DNA of 64,000 nt from Squalus acanthias (Eukaryota). Positions 13,201-25,225 of this stretch are shown piece after piece. The notes beneath the pieces were generated by a model that worked only from the letters and a program-made list of their open reading frames with translations, was not told where the DNA came from and did not search any database. Positions within the stretch are counted from its first letter, which is position 1. Each line of letters starts with the position of its first letter. Both the position numbers and the translations under genes were made by a program. Where the stretch lies: NCBI GenBank assembly GCA_030390025.1, contig JASTWF010000347.1:124001-188000 (forward strand), written 5' to 3'.

Positions 13201-13791
13201 ACGGAGAAACCGTGGAAATGTGGGGACTGTGGGAAAGGATTCAATTACCCGTCTGAGCTGAAAAATCATCATCGCTGTCACACCGGGGAGAGGCCATTCA
13301 CCTGCTCCGTGTGTGGGAAGGGATTCACTCACCCGTGCATTCTCCAGACACATCTGCAAGTTCACACTGACGAGAAACCATTCAGCTGCACTCACTGTGG
13401 GAAGAGGTTCAAGCAGTCATCCCACCTCATTCCACACCAGCGAGTTCACACTGGGGAGAGGCCGTTCACCTGCTCCGTGTGTGGGAAGGGATTCACTCAG
13501 TCATCCAACCTGCTGACACACCAGCGAGTTCACACTGGTGAGAGGCCGTTCACCTGCTCTGTGTGTGGGAACGGATTCACTCAGTCATCTCACCTGCTGA
13601 CACACCAGCGAGTTCACACTGGGGAGAGGCCGTTCACCTGCTCCGTGTGTGGGAAGGGATTCACTTGCTCGTCCAGTCTCCAGACACACCAGCGAGTTCA
13701 CACTGGGAAGAGGCCGTTCACCTGCTCCGTGTGTGGGAAGGGATTCAATCAGTCATCCAACCTGCTGAAACACCAGCGAGTTCACAAGTGA
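13201..13791 (+). CDS. C2H2 zinc-finger protein ZNF-B, 7 fingers from a putative ACG start; upstream fingers with two TGA
   Basis: Acceptor ends at 12836; TGA at 13003 and 13162; no in-frame ATG in the 7-finger ORF; ends HQRVHK-TGA. Confidence 0.7.
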   Translation, partial: TEKPWKCGDCGKGFNYPSELKNHHRCHTGERPFTCSVCGKGFTHPCILQTHLQVHTDEKPFSCTHCGKRFKQSSHLIPHQRVHTGERPFTCSVCGKGFTQSSNLLTHQRVHTGERPFTCSVCGNGFTQSSHLLTHQRVHTGERPFTCSVCGKGFTCSSSLQTHQRVHTGKRPFTCSVCGKGFNQSSNLLKHQRVHK

Positions 13792-14319
13792 CTGCAGGGG
13801 TTGGATTCTGCTGTTATTGCTGCTGTTAATCACATCCAGGACTGAACCATGTTCATTCTGACAGTTGGGGTTTGTTTCTGCTGATGTTAATAACCCGAAT
13901 AACTGGGCTGGAGTTTAATATTCTGGATATATAGCTGATTGACTTGTCGGGGCTGCAGTGTTCGTTTAAGAACCGCTGTCTGATCTTTCCCCTTAATTTC
14001 TGATGAGAGTCCCTGAATTATTTTACAATAAAATTATGAACTTTTACTTCAATCGTATATTAATCTTTGGTGCAAAATCTACAATTCAGTGTCTGAAAGG
14101 TTCCGCTGATTAACATCTCTAATTAGAAAGTGCTGATTAATCCTCGCTGAGAATTCTTACTGACTTGCACATTACACACAGTGGCACCTCCATTATCCAC
14201 CAGAAAGAAGGGGAATGGGAATTGGTGGAGAATCGAGTGTCCCCAAATGTTTCCCCTCCCGTCTGGTACAGCAATCCCCTCGGCACGGGAATGGAGACAA
14301 GTCCAGTTATAGCAACGGG

Positions 14320-14510
14320 ATGAGTTAAAGGTATTTACTCAGACGGGCGGAAGGTGGGAAGTGGTGTTCCACGGGGATCGGTGCTGGGACCACTGTTGTT
14401 CACCATTTACATGAATGATTTGGACTTGGGAATCAGAAGAACAATTTCAAACTGTGCAGATGACACGAAATTAGGGGGTGTAGTTAATACTGAGGAAGAC
14501 TGCGATAACA
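14320..14510 (+). mobile_element. CR1 RT fragment
   Basis: [29 protein letters not shown]. Confidence 0.85.
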
Positions 14511-15189
14511 TCCTTGTAGAATTATTCAGTTGTGTTCAGTAAATAGCAGCATCTTTTAATTTGCTTTGACTGATCACATCACTATATAGTTATGTGAAAA
14601 ACAGAAATCATTAACAGCTCCCAATTTCAGAATTGTCAGATTCAAACTCAACTTCTTCCAAGTACAATCTAACATTTCAAAAATTGTAATGGATGTAGGC
14701 GAGATATTCGGACTGTTGTCTAACACAATCCAAACACAGTGACACACAGACAGATGGGCAGGTGTAGCTTCACAGCGAATCCTTTCAAGCCTCACTAAAA
14801 AGTGGCAGACTGGCAATCCATTGTTCACTAATGGAGTTGTGATCTTTGTAAATTAAGAAAGGAAATGCATGGAAATGTGTCAAAGAGTTGATTAACAGAG
14901 TGGGGCATCATTTCCCTTTGATTTCTATTTCTGACACCAGGCAACAGAAAAAGGTCATTAAAACATGACATAAACAGACTCTTCAGGTGTGAGACATCAG
15001 ACTTCAGAACAACACGTCTGCCAGCTCTGGCCACAACCCTCAGTACAGTCAACCTTTCAGCAGCTGCAGCCCTGATTAAATAATTAGTAGTTTAACATGT
15101 CTAGTAGAGCTTTTGTATCAAAATACAAGAAATGTATTTATGACACACACACAATTAATAATTAAATTACAATGTGATTATGAGGATCG

Positions 15190-15725
15190 ATTATCGCCTC
15201 TTGATACCTTCCGTGCCCACCGGTCGAGGAAGGTATCAAGTGAACCGGTGGACACCGCCTGCTCCCTCTCCAGGGCCACCCGGGCACGGACAAGACCACG
15301 GGAGAGAGGCAGGCAGCCAGAGTGACCCCCCCATGGGCCCCGCCCATCCTGGGCCTACAAATTGCTGTTTTTGCCAGGCCCAAGAGCAGGTCCAGGAGAA
15401 GATCCTCCGATTTACCCACCCCCCTCCGCACCGGGCGGCCAAAGATTAGGAGCGTGGGGCTAAAGTGTAACCAAGAGTTGAGGAGCAGCCCCTTCAGGTA
15501 ACTTCAGGGGCTGCAACCTCTCACACTGAATATATACACGGCCCGTGGACTCCTCTAGGCCGCAAAAAAACATCTGGCCTTGGAGTCTGGAAAGGAGCTT
15601 AAACTGTGGCACATGACAGCTCCTTGCAACAGTCTCCACCCCAGATCCCCAATGGTGCAGGGAAGGACCCCCGCGTAGAGAGCCCTCCACTGGGGAACCT
15701 CGCCTCCGCCAGACAGCAAGATGAC
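15190..15725 (-). mobile_element. L1/Tx1-like ORF2 C-terminal fragment
   Basis: CGLEES..YIQCERLQPL and EDLLLDLLLGLAKTAI; paralogues at 35.6-36.1 kb (+) and 52.7-53.2 kb (-). Confidence 0.7.
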
Positions 15726-16344
15726 CCACCAGTCTGATTGAGATTGGGCAATAAACTAAATTAATCAATAAATGATACAGAAACCCGAGTCCCCGGGTCC
15801 TCAGCCCTGGTGTGAAGTACGCTGGCCACCAATTTTCCATCATTAACTCGCACCTCAGGCCCCGCCCAGTCTGGTTTAATTACTAAATGTTTTCTAACTC
15901 GGGTTCAGGCCTGTCATTCTGAGGGAAACTTACAAGGCCTCATTTATTGGTGTGTCCCACCCGAGCAGCTGTTAATGGCTTTAATAAACTGGCAGCAAGG
16001 TTTATTTTAAAGGTGGAAAGTGGTGAAAAACGCCACTAACGATGCCTCAAAACTCACGGACAGAGAAATCCACTTCATCAGCGCCCCTGCCACAGGACTC
16101 AATATCCACCCCCTCCACCACTGGTGCACTGTGTCTGCAGTATGTACGGTCTACAAGATGACCACGGTCAGGCCATGTGGAGTCAAAGGTCAGGCAGCAG
16201 AATGGATGGAAAGATCGCAACAAACTTCCCTTAACTCCAACCATCTGATTTCTGTTTTGTAGCCATCTTTCCATCCATTCTGCTGCCTGGCCCTTCACTC
16301 CACACGGCCTGACCTGGGTCATCTTGTAGACTGTACAAACTGTT

Positions 16345-17425
16345 ATGGATAGCAAGCTGGTTACAAAACAGAAAACAGAGAGTAGGGGTTGGGAGTAGAT
16401 ACTCAGACTGGCAAAAGGTGGGAAGTGGTGTTTCACAGGGATCGGTGCTGGGACCACTGCTGTTCACCATTTACAGAAACGATTTGTACTCGGGAATTGA
16501 AAGTACAATTTCAAAGTTTGTCGATGACACCAAATTGGGAGGAAGAGTTAATACTGAGGAAGACAAAATGCAAGAAGACATTAATAAATTTCAGAATGTG
16601 CGTGTAATTGGCAAATGAATTTCACTGTCGATCAGTGTGAGGTGGTGTGTTTTGGTGGGAAGAATAAGGAGGCCACTCACTACTTGGACAACAAGGGGGT
16701 GAAATTGGGTTGCTTTGTGCCTCCCGCGATATTCAGCGGGAGGTTAGCGGCGGCGGTAGCCGGTAGCGCCCCACGGCACGGCACTGCACCGCCGGCAATG
16801 ACGTCATTGCCATGCGCAGCACCCCGGCTGCAACCTTGGGTTGCGACCCCTGACCTATCGCCGGACGATATGTCCGACAGGGTCAGGGGTCGTTCCTGCA
16901 GCCGCGGCGGCGCCACTTAAAGGGCAGGTGTCGGGCGGCAACTTTTTATTTTGGCCGACTGCCAGCACCTGCCCCCTTCCCCTTTCTTCTTCGGGGTGTC
17001 GGCCGCGATCGCTCAGCCCGGCGCTCCTCTTGATCCGACACCCCGCTCCCCGGTTGTCCAGCAGGGCCCCGGTGTGAGCAGCGCTAGGCCCCTCCCCTTT
17101 AATCAGGGAGGGAGGTCTGCTATGACACGGTGCTGTTGCACGAAGCGCTGCGAAATTCACTGGTAGCGCCTCAAGAGGGAGGGGAGCGCTTCCAGTAGCA
17201 CCCCGCCTCCTGCTTGGGGCGCTACCACTGAATTTAATGCGCAGGGGCGCTAACTTTTACGGGGCGCTAAAATTAGCCCCGGCGACGTTAGCGACCCAAA
17301 GGGGGCGCCACTGAATTTCCCCCCCAAGAGTCTAAATGGGCTGGAGGAGCAGAGGGATCCAGGGATACAGATACACAAATCACTAAAAGGAGCGACACAG
17401 GTTAGTAAGGCCATTAAAAAAAAAG
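16345..17425 (+). mobile_element. Degenerate CR1 RT fragment interrupted by a MITE
   Basis: SGVSQGSVLGP..VDDTKL..CEVVCFG; resumes after 17327. Confidence 0.8.
16695..17325. mobile_element. Non-autonomous Harbinger-type MITE, about 630 bp
   Basis: Ends GGGGGTGAAATT..AATTTCCCCCCC, flanked by (C/T)AA; splits a CR1 fragment; TIR resembles the element at 53392. Confidence 0.8.
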
Positions 17426-17897
17426 CACTGGGGTACATTCCTAAAGGAGCCTTCTGTTCCGTGCCTAGGAGCTCTGAACCATGGCAGAGAGCGGCTGGGA
17501 CACGTTTCTCACAGGCCTCGAGATTAACCCGCACGGGGACTTTGCTGTCAGTGAAGAGAGACGAGAAAGACCAAAGTACCGTTTGCCCCTCTCAGTGTGG
17601 CCCTGAAGGACTGTGTCCAGGCTGAAGTTCTGTTCCCGCCGTACGATCCTCCCCCAGATTGTCCTTTCTGAGCTCCAGCCAGGTGATGCTAAACACTCAG
17701 GTGGGAAAGACAAAAATCTACAACAATGTGTTTAAAACAAAGCTGATTTATTTGACATCTATCCAGAATATTAAACTCCAGCCCAGTTGCAGGAGTTATT
17801 AACATCAGCAGAAACAAACCTCAACTGTCAGAATGAACATGGTTCAGTCCTGGATGTGATTAACAGCAGCAACAACAGCAGAATTCAAGCCCTGCAG

Positions 17898-19017
17898 TCA
17901 CTTGTGAACTCGCTGGTGTCTCAACAGGTGGAATGACTGAGTGAATCCCTTCCCACACTCAGAGCAGGTGAACGGCCTCTCCCCAGTGTGAACTCGCTGG
18001 TGTGTCAGCAGGGTGGATGACTGAGCGAATCCCTTCCCACACTCAGAGCAGGTGAACGGCCTCTCCCCAGTGTGAATGTGCTGGTGTTTCAGCAGGGTGG
18101 ATGACTGAGTGAATCCCTTCCCACACTCAGAGCAGGTGAACGGCCTCTCCCCAGTGTGAGTGCGCTGGTGTACCGTGAGTTCAGATGACTGCCTGAACCC
18201 AGTCCCGCAGTGAGAGCACCTGAACGGTCTCTCATCAGTGTGAACACGTTGATGGCACATCAGTTCCCCGGAACTTTTATAGCACTTCCCACAGTTCGAG
18301 CATTTAAAAGGTCTCTCATCAGTGTGAGCTCGCTGGTGATTCAGCAGGGTGGATGACTGAGTGAATCCCTTCCCACACACGGAGCAGGTGAACGGCCTCT
18401 CCCCGGTGTGAACTCGCTGGTGTCTCAGCAGATGCTTTTTGCTTTTAAATCTCTTCTCACAGTCAGAACATTTAAAAGGTCTTATCAGTGTGAAGAAGTT
18501 GGTGTGCCCGCAGGTGGGATGAACGAGTGAAACACATCCCACACACAGAGCAGGTGAACGGCCTCTCCCCAGTGTGAACTCGCTGGTGTCTCAGCAGGTT
18601 GGATAACTGAGTGAATCCCTTCCCACACACGGAGCAGGTGAATGGCCTCTCCCCAGTGTGAGTGCGTTGGTGTACAGTGAGTTCAGATGATCGCCTGAAC
18701 CCAGTCCTGCAGTGAGAGCAGCTGAACGGTCTCTCGTCAGTGTGAACACGTTGATGGCATGTCAGTTCCCCGGAACTTTTATAGCACTTTCCACAGTCCA
18801 GGCATTTAAAAGGTCTCTCATCAGAGTGAGCGCGCTGATGATTCAGCAGGGTGGATGACTGAGTGAATCCTTTCCCACACACGGAGCAGGTGAACGGCCT
18901 CTCCCCAGTGTGAAGTCTCTGGTGTGTCAGCAGGTCGGATGACTGAATGAATCCCTTCCCACACACAGAGCAGGTGAATGGCCTCTCCCCGCTGTGAACG
19001 GTGCTCTTTGCTTCCAT
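17898..19017 (-). pseudogene. C2H2 ZNF-C, 13 fingers, frameshift after finger 6
   Basis: ATG at 19017 (MEAKSTVH). A 2-bp loss near 18481 (GAT AAG ACC TTT TAA) versus AAG AGA CCG in the paralogue. Confidence 0.8.
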
Positions 19018-19439
19018 GTTCAGAGGCCGGTGATATTCAGATCCGATGAGTCGAATGACTCTGTCAGATCTTGATGTGATGTTTGGTTTGAGCTTACCGT
19101 CTGTAAATCCTCCCCTTCTAATACTCTGTAAAATGAATTTAAAACAGGGAACGTGAGAGAGAACCCACAAGAAAGCAAAGGCAGGTTGTGAAATTGAGTT
19201 TAATGAATCTGGTCATTTGTGGGGCCGGCACTAGAAAAAAGTGACCATGAAAGCTGCCGGATTGTCATAAAAACCCAACTGGTTCACGAATGTCCTTCAG
19301 AGCAGGGAACCCGCCACCTGGTCTGGGCCTACACAAGACTCTGGCCTCTATGGGAGGAGAGAGAGAGAGAGAGGTGGGAGGGGGAGGGCGAAGTAAAGGA
19401 ACTTTATACATCTGCAACTCGACCAGAACTTTGACAGAA

Positions 19440-19735
19440 CATCCCAAACCCACAACCTCCACCACCTAGAAGGACAAGGGCAGCTGTTGCATGGGAGCAC
19501 CATCATCTCCAAGTTCCCCTCCAAGTCACACACCATCCTGACTTAGACATAGTCATCGTTGCTGGGTCAAAATCCTGGAATTCCTTACCTAACAGCATTG
19601 TGGGAGTACCTTCACCACACGGACTGCAGTAGTTCAAGAAGGTGACTCACCAGCCCCTTCTCAACGGGCAACTGGGGATTGGCAATATTTGCTGCTCTTG
19701 CGAGCGACGCCCACATCCCAAGAATGAATTAAAAC
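19440..19735 (+). mobile_element. 3' fragment of the LINE family seen at 6.6-9.0 kb (intron of ZNF-C)
   Basis: Matches 8730-9015. Confidence 0.8.
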
Positions 19736-20164
19736 AAATCTGTATATGTAAACTGGATTAAAAGCCTGTACAGAAATACTTGTTCCTAAAACAATACTCT
19801 TTTAAATTGTAGGGACAGTGTCTGTTTAACAACCTAATCTCCCCCAGAATCCACCTCCCTTGACAGTCTCACATTGGAAATTGTTGGGTCCTCCTGGGCT
19901 CAGAAGTACTGGGGGTTAAACCCAGCAGCTTCTCCTCCATCTCCACTCCAGCTCAAACTGAAGCAACAAAAAGACCTACACAGGCGGCCAGGTACCGACT
20001 TCCGCATCCAGCGCCCGCCCTGATACAAGCCGGCTCTGGATTGGCGGGTCTACTGTGTCGATGCCAGTTGTGGTTTCTCCTGTCTGGGGGAGGCGCTGCA
20101 CCCTGGGTTTCCTGGTGCCGGGGCCCTGGCCGCACGTCCGCCGGGCCCGGCCGCTCTGATTCTG

Positions 20165-22176
20165 ATTGAATTTTTTGATAAGGTAACAGAGAGGGTTGAT
20201 GAGGGCAATGCAGTTGACGTGGTGTGCATGGATTTCCAAAAGGCGTTGGACAAAGTGCCACATAATAGGCTTGCCAGCAAAGTTGAAGCCCATGGAATTG
20301 AAGGATCCAGCTTGTTCCCAAAGAATGCTGGGATACTTGACTACATTACCCTCTACTTATTTCGGATAGTAGGTTGAGCTAATTAAGGCATATTTGTAGA
20401 CTGGAAGGTGCCTCCCTCCCCTTATCAAACCTTGGGATATATGTATTCACAACCTCAGTAGAGCCATTGTCAAAGCACAGCCTGGCCTCCCAAGAGATAA
20501 GGGAGCAATTAACAACCAACACAGTTCCAGGCACGGTGGGTACATCTACTATTCGAACCTGGTCGCCCAAGAGATAAGGGAGCAATTAATGACCAACACG
20601 GTTCCAGTCACTGAGCATCCAAGCCATTACGGCCTTGAGCCACCCCGCTCTGTCCGACAGCCAGGGATAAAATATGTTTTCTCAAACTATAAACTATGCC
20701 CGCAAAGGAAGAGATAACAGCAAGAATTTGGGGAGTAGGATGAGGCAACCAACATCTGTGACTGGCATGGTCAGGGTTCAAGGGGAGGGCCCGACAGTTG
20801 AGTGGCTAACCATATAACCAATAGAGAGTAACTGTAGTGACACTGTTTGTACGTGTACGCCCCATTCTGTAGTAAGTGGGCGGTGCTTGTAGAAATGTAT
20901 AACTTGAATGAACCATTACTTGTTCCTCAGAGAGTGCGCCCCTAGCTTGAGGAAGCTGAGTGGCTCTCCCTTGTGCACAAGTCTTTTGTTTATTTTAATA
21001 AATTCTGAACTTGTCCTCAATTCCGTCTCCGTCTAGAGTTTCTCCAAATTCGAATCTAACAGAATAAAAGGGACAATGGCAGCATGGATACGAAATTGGC
21101 TAAGTGACAGGAAACAGAGAGTAGTGGTGAACGGTTGTTTTTCGGACTGGAGGAAGGTATACAGTGGTGTGCCCCAGGGGTCGGTACTAGGGCCACTGCT
21201 TTTCTTGATATATACTAATGACTTAGACTTGGGTGTACAGGACACAATTTCAGAATTTGCAAATGACACAAAACTTGGAAGTTTGTGAACAGTGGGGAGG
21301 ATAGTGATAGACTTCAAGAGGACATAGACAGGCTGGTGGAATAGGCAGACACGTGGCAGATGAAATTTAATGCAGAAAAGTGCGAAGTGATACATTTTGG
21401 TAGGAAAAATGAGGAGAGGCAATATAAACTAAAGGGTACAATTCTAAAGTGGGTACATGAACAGAGAGACCTGGGGGTATGTGTGCACAAATCGTTGAAG
21501 GTGGCAGGGCAGGTTGAGAAAGTGGTTAAAAAAGCATACAGGATCCTGGGCTTTATAAATAGAGGCATAGAATCCAAAACCAAGGAGGTTATGATGAACC
21601 TTTACAAAACACTGGTTCGGCCTCAACTAGAGTATTGTGTCCAATTCTGGGCACCGCACTTTATGAAAGATGTGAAGGCCTTCGAGATGGTGCAGAAAAG
21701 ATTGACAAGAATGGTTCCAGGGATGAGGGACTTTAGTTACGTGGATAGACTGGAGAAGCTGGGGTTGTTCTCCTTAGAGCAGAGAAGGTTGAGAGGAGAT
21801 TTGATAGAGGTGTTCAAAATCACGAGGGGTCGGGACAGAGTAGATAGAGAGAAACTGTTCCCATTGGCGGAAGGGTCGAGAACCAGAGGACACAGATTTA
21901 AGGTGATTGGCAGAAGAACCAAAGGCGACATGAGGAAAAACTTTTTTACGCAGCGAGTGGTTAGGATCTGGAATGCACTGCCTGAAAGGGTGGTGGAGGC
22001 AGATTCAATCACGGCTTTCAAAAGGGAATTGGATAAGTACCTGAAGTAAAGAAATTTGCAGGGCTACGGGGAAAGGGCGGGGAGTGGGACTAGCTGAAGT
22101 GATCTTGCAGAGAGCCGGCACGGGCTCGATGGGCTGAATGGCCTCCTTCTGTGCTGTAACCATTCTATGATTCTAT
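20165..22176 (+). mobile_element. CR1 LINE 3' half, interrupted by a solo LTR
   Basis: DFQKAx[18 protein letters not shown] 21360..22049; (ATTCTATG)n tail. Confidence 0.93.
20299..21061 (+). mobile_element. Solo LTR, 763 bp, with 4-bp TSD GAAT
   Basis: TG..CA ends; GAAT at 20295-20298 and 21062-21065; TATAA near 20898 and AATAAA near 20997; empty site CATGGAATAAAAG at 62041. Confidence 0.9.
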
Positions 22177-22339
22177 AAAATATTAGAAAGTTTGTGCCAC
22201 AGAAGCACGGGGTTTATCTGCTTTTATTCATGAATTTAAAAAGTCTGTATTAAAACCTGAGCCAGTGTGTTGTGAGACAAAGAGCCTTGTGTCCAATAAG
22301 GGGAATAAAGGCCCACAGCCTCCCCTGGCCCCGGGCCCT

Positions 22340-22890
22340 GAACAAGGGACTGGAGAAACTCGCTGCCCCGCGGATCAGACAATCAGCCGGCGCTAGTCCC
22401 GCCCCTCGGGCTCCCCGATTGGTTGGAGGACCCGCCGCCGGCTCGCTCCTCCAGCCCCGCCCCACTCGCTCCCTATTGGTCGGAAGCTCCCGTCAATCAG
22501 GCCGTGGGCCCGGGTCACGTGTCCCCGAGGAGATCACGTGCTCCGTCCAACTGACTCCGCTCGGTCCGGGGCCTCGCGGACTCTGAGGTTTTTCTATTTC
22601 TCTTTATTCTCTCCCGATCCACCCCTCCCCCCCACCCCGCGCGATTCTCCACCCAATCGGAGCGGAGAAAACTCACTTTGCGTCACCGATCGCGAGTTTG
22701 TAACCGACACCAAGGCCTTTCCCCGGAATGCCCCGCGCCGACACCGTCCGGCAGGATCCGAGTGCGCAGGCGCAGCTCCGAGTGGGGGAGGGGGTTTGGT
22801 CTTCTCTGGGCATGCGCGGTTATTACCCTTGGTGACCGGGAGGGGGCGCTGTGCCGGACTCGGCCCAAACCGCCAATGAAGTGACGTCAC
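22340..22890. promoter_or_regulatory. CpG island with the type-1 promoter core, between divergent ZNF-C and ZNF-D
   Basis: GATTGG..CCCGCC..CCTATTGG..CGTCAATCA core at 22416-22499, E-boxes CACGTG, NRF1-like motifs, TGACGTCA. Confidence 0.65.
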
Positions 22891-23172
22891 AGTTGTAATG
22901 TGGGAAAGGCGGCAGCCAATCAGCGCCCAGCAAGACTGAGGGATAAACATTGGCCCGGACACCGGGGATAGCTCCCCTGCTCTGCTTAGAAACCGGGCCT
23001 TGATTTAATATCTCCTCTGAAAGACGGCACTTCCGACAGTGCCGCACTCCCTCAGCACTGCACTGGAGTGTCAGCCTGGATTCCTGTGCTCAAGTCTCTG
23101 GAGTGGGACTTGAACCCACAACTTTCTGACTCAGAGGCGAGAGTGCTACCCACTGAGCCACTGGCTGACACT
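22890..23172 (-). mobile_element. tRNA-derived Deu-domain SINE (internally deleted)
   Basis: Reverse strand shows A box TGGCTCAGTGG and B box GGTTCAAGTCC, then GTGCGGCACTGTCGGAAGTGCCGTCTTTC. Confidence 0.8.
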
Positions 23173-23183
23173 AAAGAACAAGC

Positions 23184-23285
23184 AGTTCTGACGAAAGGTC
23201 ATCGACCTGAAACGTTAACTCTGTTTCTCTCTCCACAGATGCTGCCTGACCTGCTGAGTATTTCCAGCAGTTTCTGTTTTTATTA
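23184..23285 (+). ncRNA. Minimal type-I hammerhead-ribozyme-like motif in a Penelope-like end
   Basis: AGTT-CTGACGA-A-AGGTC(ATC)GACCT-GAAA-CGTT-AACT: catalytic boxes, 5-bp stem II, palindromic stem III, stem I AGTT/AACT. Confidence 0.65.
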
Positions 23286-23840
23286 AAGAAACGAGGGAGT
23301 GATTGCTGACAGGAAGAATGTTGGGTCGTCCTGCGCATGCGCACCTCCCTGGCGGCTGAGGCGAAACACCGACTCGCCCCCACCTGAGCCACGCACACGT
23401 ACCAGATGTTGCGGCTCCGCATGCGCGCCCGATGTCCCAACCGCGGGGTTTTGTGCACTGAGCATGCGCGTTGTGGACCGATCGGGACGGGCGATTGTGG
23501 AGCAGGAGGGAGAGCGCGGGGGCCATGAGCACATGGGCGGGACTCAGAGTCAACAGAGCGCTTTCTGGAGCGCCGGGGCTTGTGGGTATTGCAGCCGCCA
23601 TTACTGCTGATCCTTTCAACCAACCTGTGCAGCAGCTGGAGCCTGAAAATCAGCTTCACTGCCCCTAGGCTGGGAAAGGGGAAAATTAAACAACAGTTTG
23701 CCTCTGATCCTTTTCTGAACTTGATTTACAGGGTTATAGAAGTGGAGCAGTTACAGGCGGGAAGCTCAGACCAAACATCACGTCAAGATCTGACAGAGTC
23801 GCTCGATTCATCAGGATCTGAATATCATCGGCCTTTGCAC

Positions 23841-25225
23841 ATGGAAGGAGAAAGCAGCGATCGCAGCGATGACAAACCGCACACGTGTTCGGTGTGTGGA
23901 CGCGGATTCAGCCGATCGCCTGCCCTGGCGAGACACGTGCGCCGTCACACCGGGGAGAAACCGGGTAAAGGTGGGGACGGTGGGAAGGGATTCAGTTCCC
24001 CGTCTGCAATAGAAGTTCAACGGCGCAGTCACACCAGGGACAGTCCGTTCACCTGCTCCGTGTGTGGGAAGGGATTTGTTTGTTCATCCCACCTGCAAAC
24101 ACACCAGCGAGTTCACACTGACGAGAGACCATTTCAGTGTTCTGACTGTGGGAAGAGCTTTAAAATCCCCCAGAATCTGAAGCGACACCAGCTTGTTCAC
24201 ACCGATGAGCGACCGTTTATATGTTCTGACTGTGGGAAGAGCTTTAAAAGCTCTGGGGATCTGAAGCAACACCAGCTTGCTCACACTGATGAGAGGCCAT
24301 TTACATGTTCTGACTGTGGGAAGAGCTTTAAAAGTTCGGGGATCTGAAGGGACACCAACACCTACACACTGCGGAGAGGCCGTTCACCTGCTCCGTGTGT
24401 GGGAAGGGATTCACTCATTCATCCAACCTGCAGAGACACCAGCGCCTCCACACTGGGGAGAGGATATTCATCTGCTCCGAATGTGGGAAGGCATTCACTC
24501 AGTATTCCACCCTGCAGACACACCAGCGAGTTCACACTGACGAGAGACCCTTTAAATGTTCTGATTGTGGGAAGAGATTTAAAAGCTCCGGGGAGCTGAA
24601 GAGACACCAACACCTACACACTGGTGAGAGGCCGTTCACCTGCTCCGAGTGTGGGAAGGGATTCGCTCGGTCCTCCAACCTGCTGGCACATCAGCGAGTT
24701 CACACTGACGAGAGACCCTTTAAATGTTCTGAATGTGGGAAGAGCTTTAAAAGCTCCCGGGATCTGAAGGGACACCAACACCTACACACTGGCGAGAGGC
24801 CGTTCACCTGCTCCGTGTGTGGGAAGGGATTCACTCAGTCCTCCAACCTGCTGGCACATCAGCGAGTTCACACTGGTGAGAGGCCGTTCACCTGCTCCGT
24901 ATGTGGGAAGGGATTCACTCAGTCCTCCACCCTGCTGGCACACCAGCGAGTTCACACTGGAGTGAACCCCTTTAAATGTTCTGACTGTGGGAGAAGCTTT
25001 AAAAGCTCCCGGGATCTGAAGGGACACCAACACCTACACACTGGGGAGAGACCGTTCACCTGCTCCGTGTGTGGGAAGGGATTCACTCGGTCCTCCAACC
25101 TGCTCACGCACCAGCGAGTTCACACTGGGGAGAGACCCTTTAAATGTTCTGACTGTGGGAAGAGCTTTAAAAGCTCGAAGAACCTTAAGAGACACCAGCG
25201 TCTTCACACTGATCATAGAATCTAA
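23841..25225 (+). pseudogene. C2H2 ZNF-D, about 16 fingers, -1 frameshift in finger 6
   Basis: ATG at 23841. ORFs 23580..24347 and 24395..25225 are offset by a 1-bp loss near 24336; finger 2 lacks both Cys; the 3' end runs into a CR1 tail. Confidence 0.8.

Noticed and set aside
13789..13935. SECIS element explaining the in-frame TGAs as selenocysteine
   Set aside because: No convincing RUGA..AA..GA kink-turn stem by eye, and the TGAs are not at Cys positions; a formal SECIS search is still needed.
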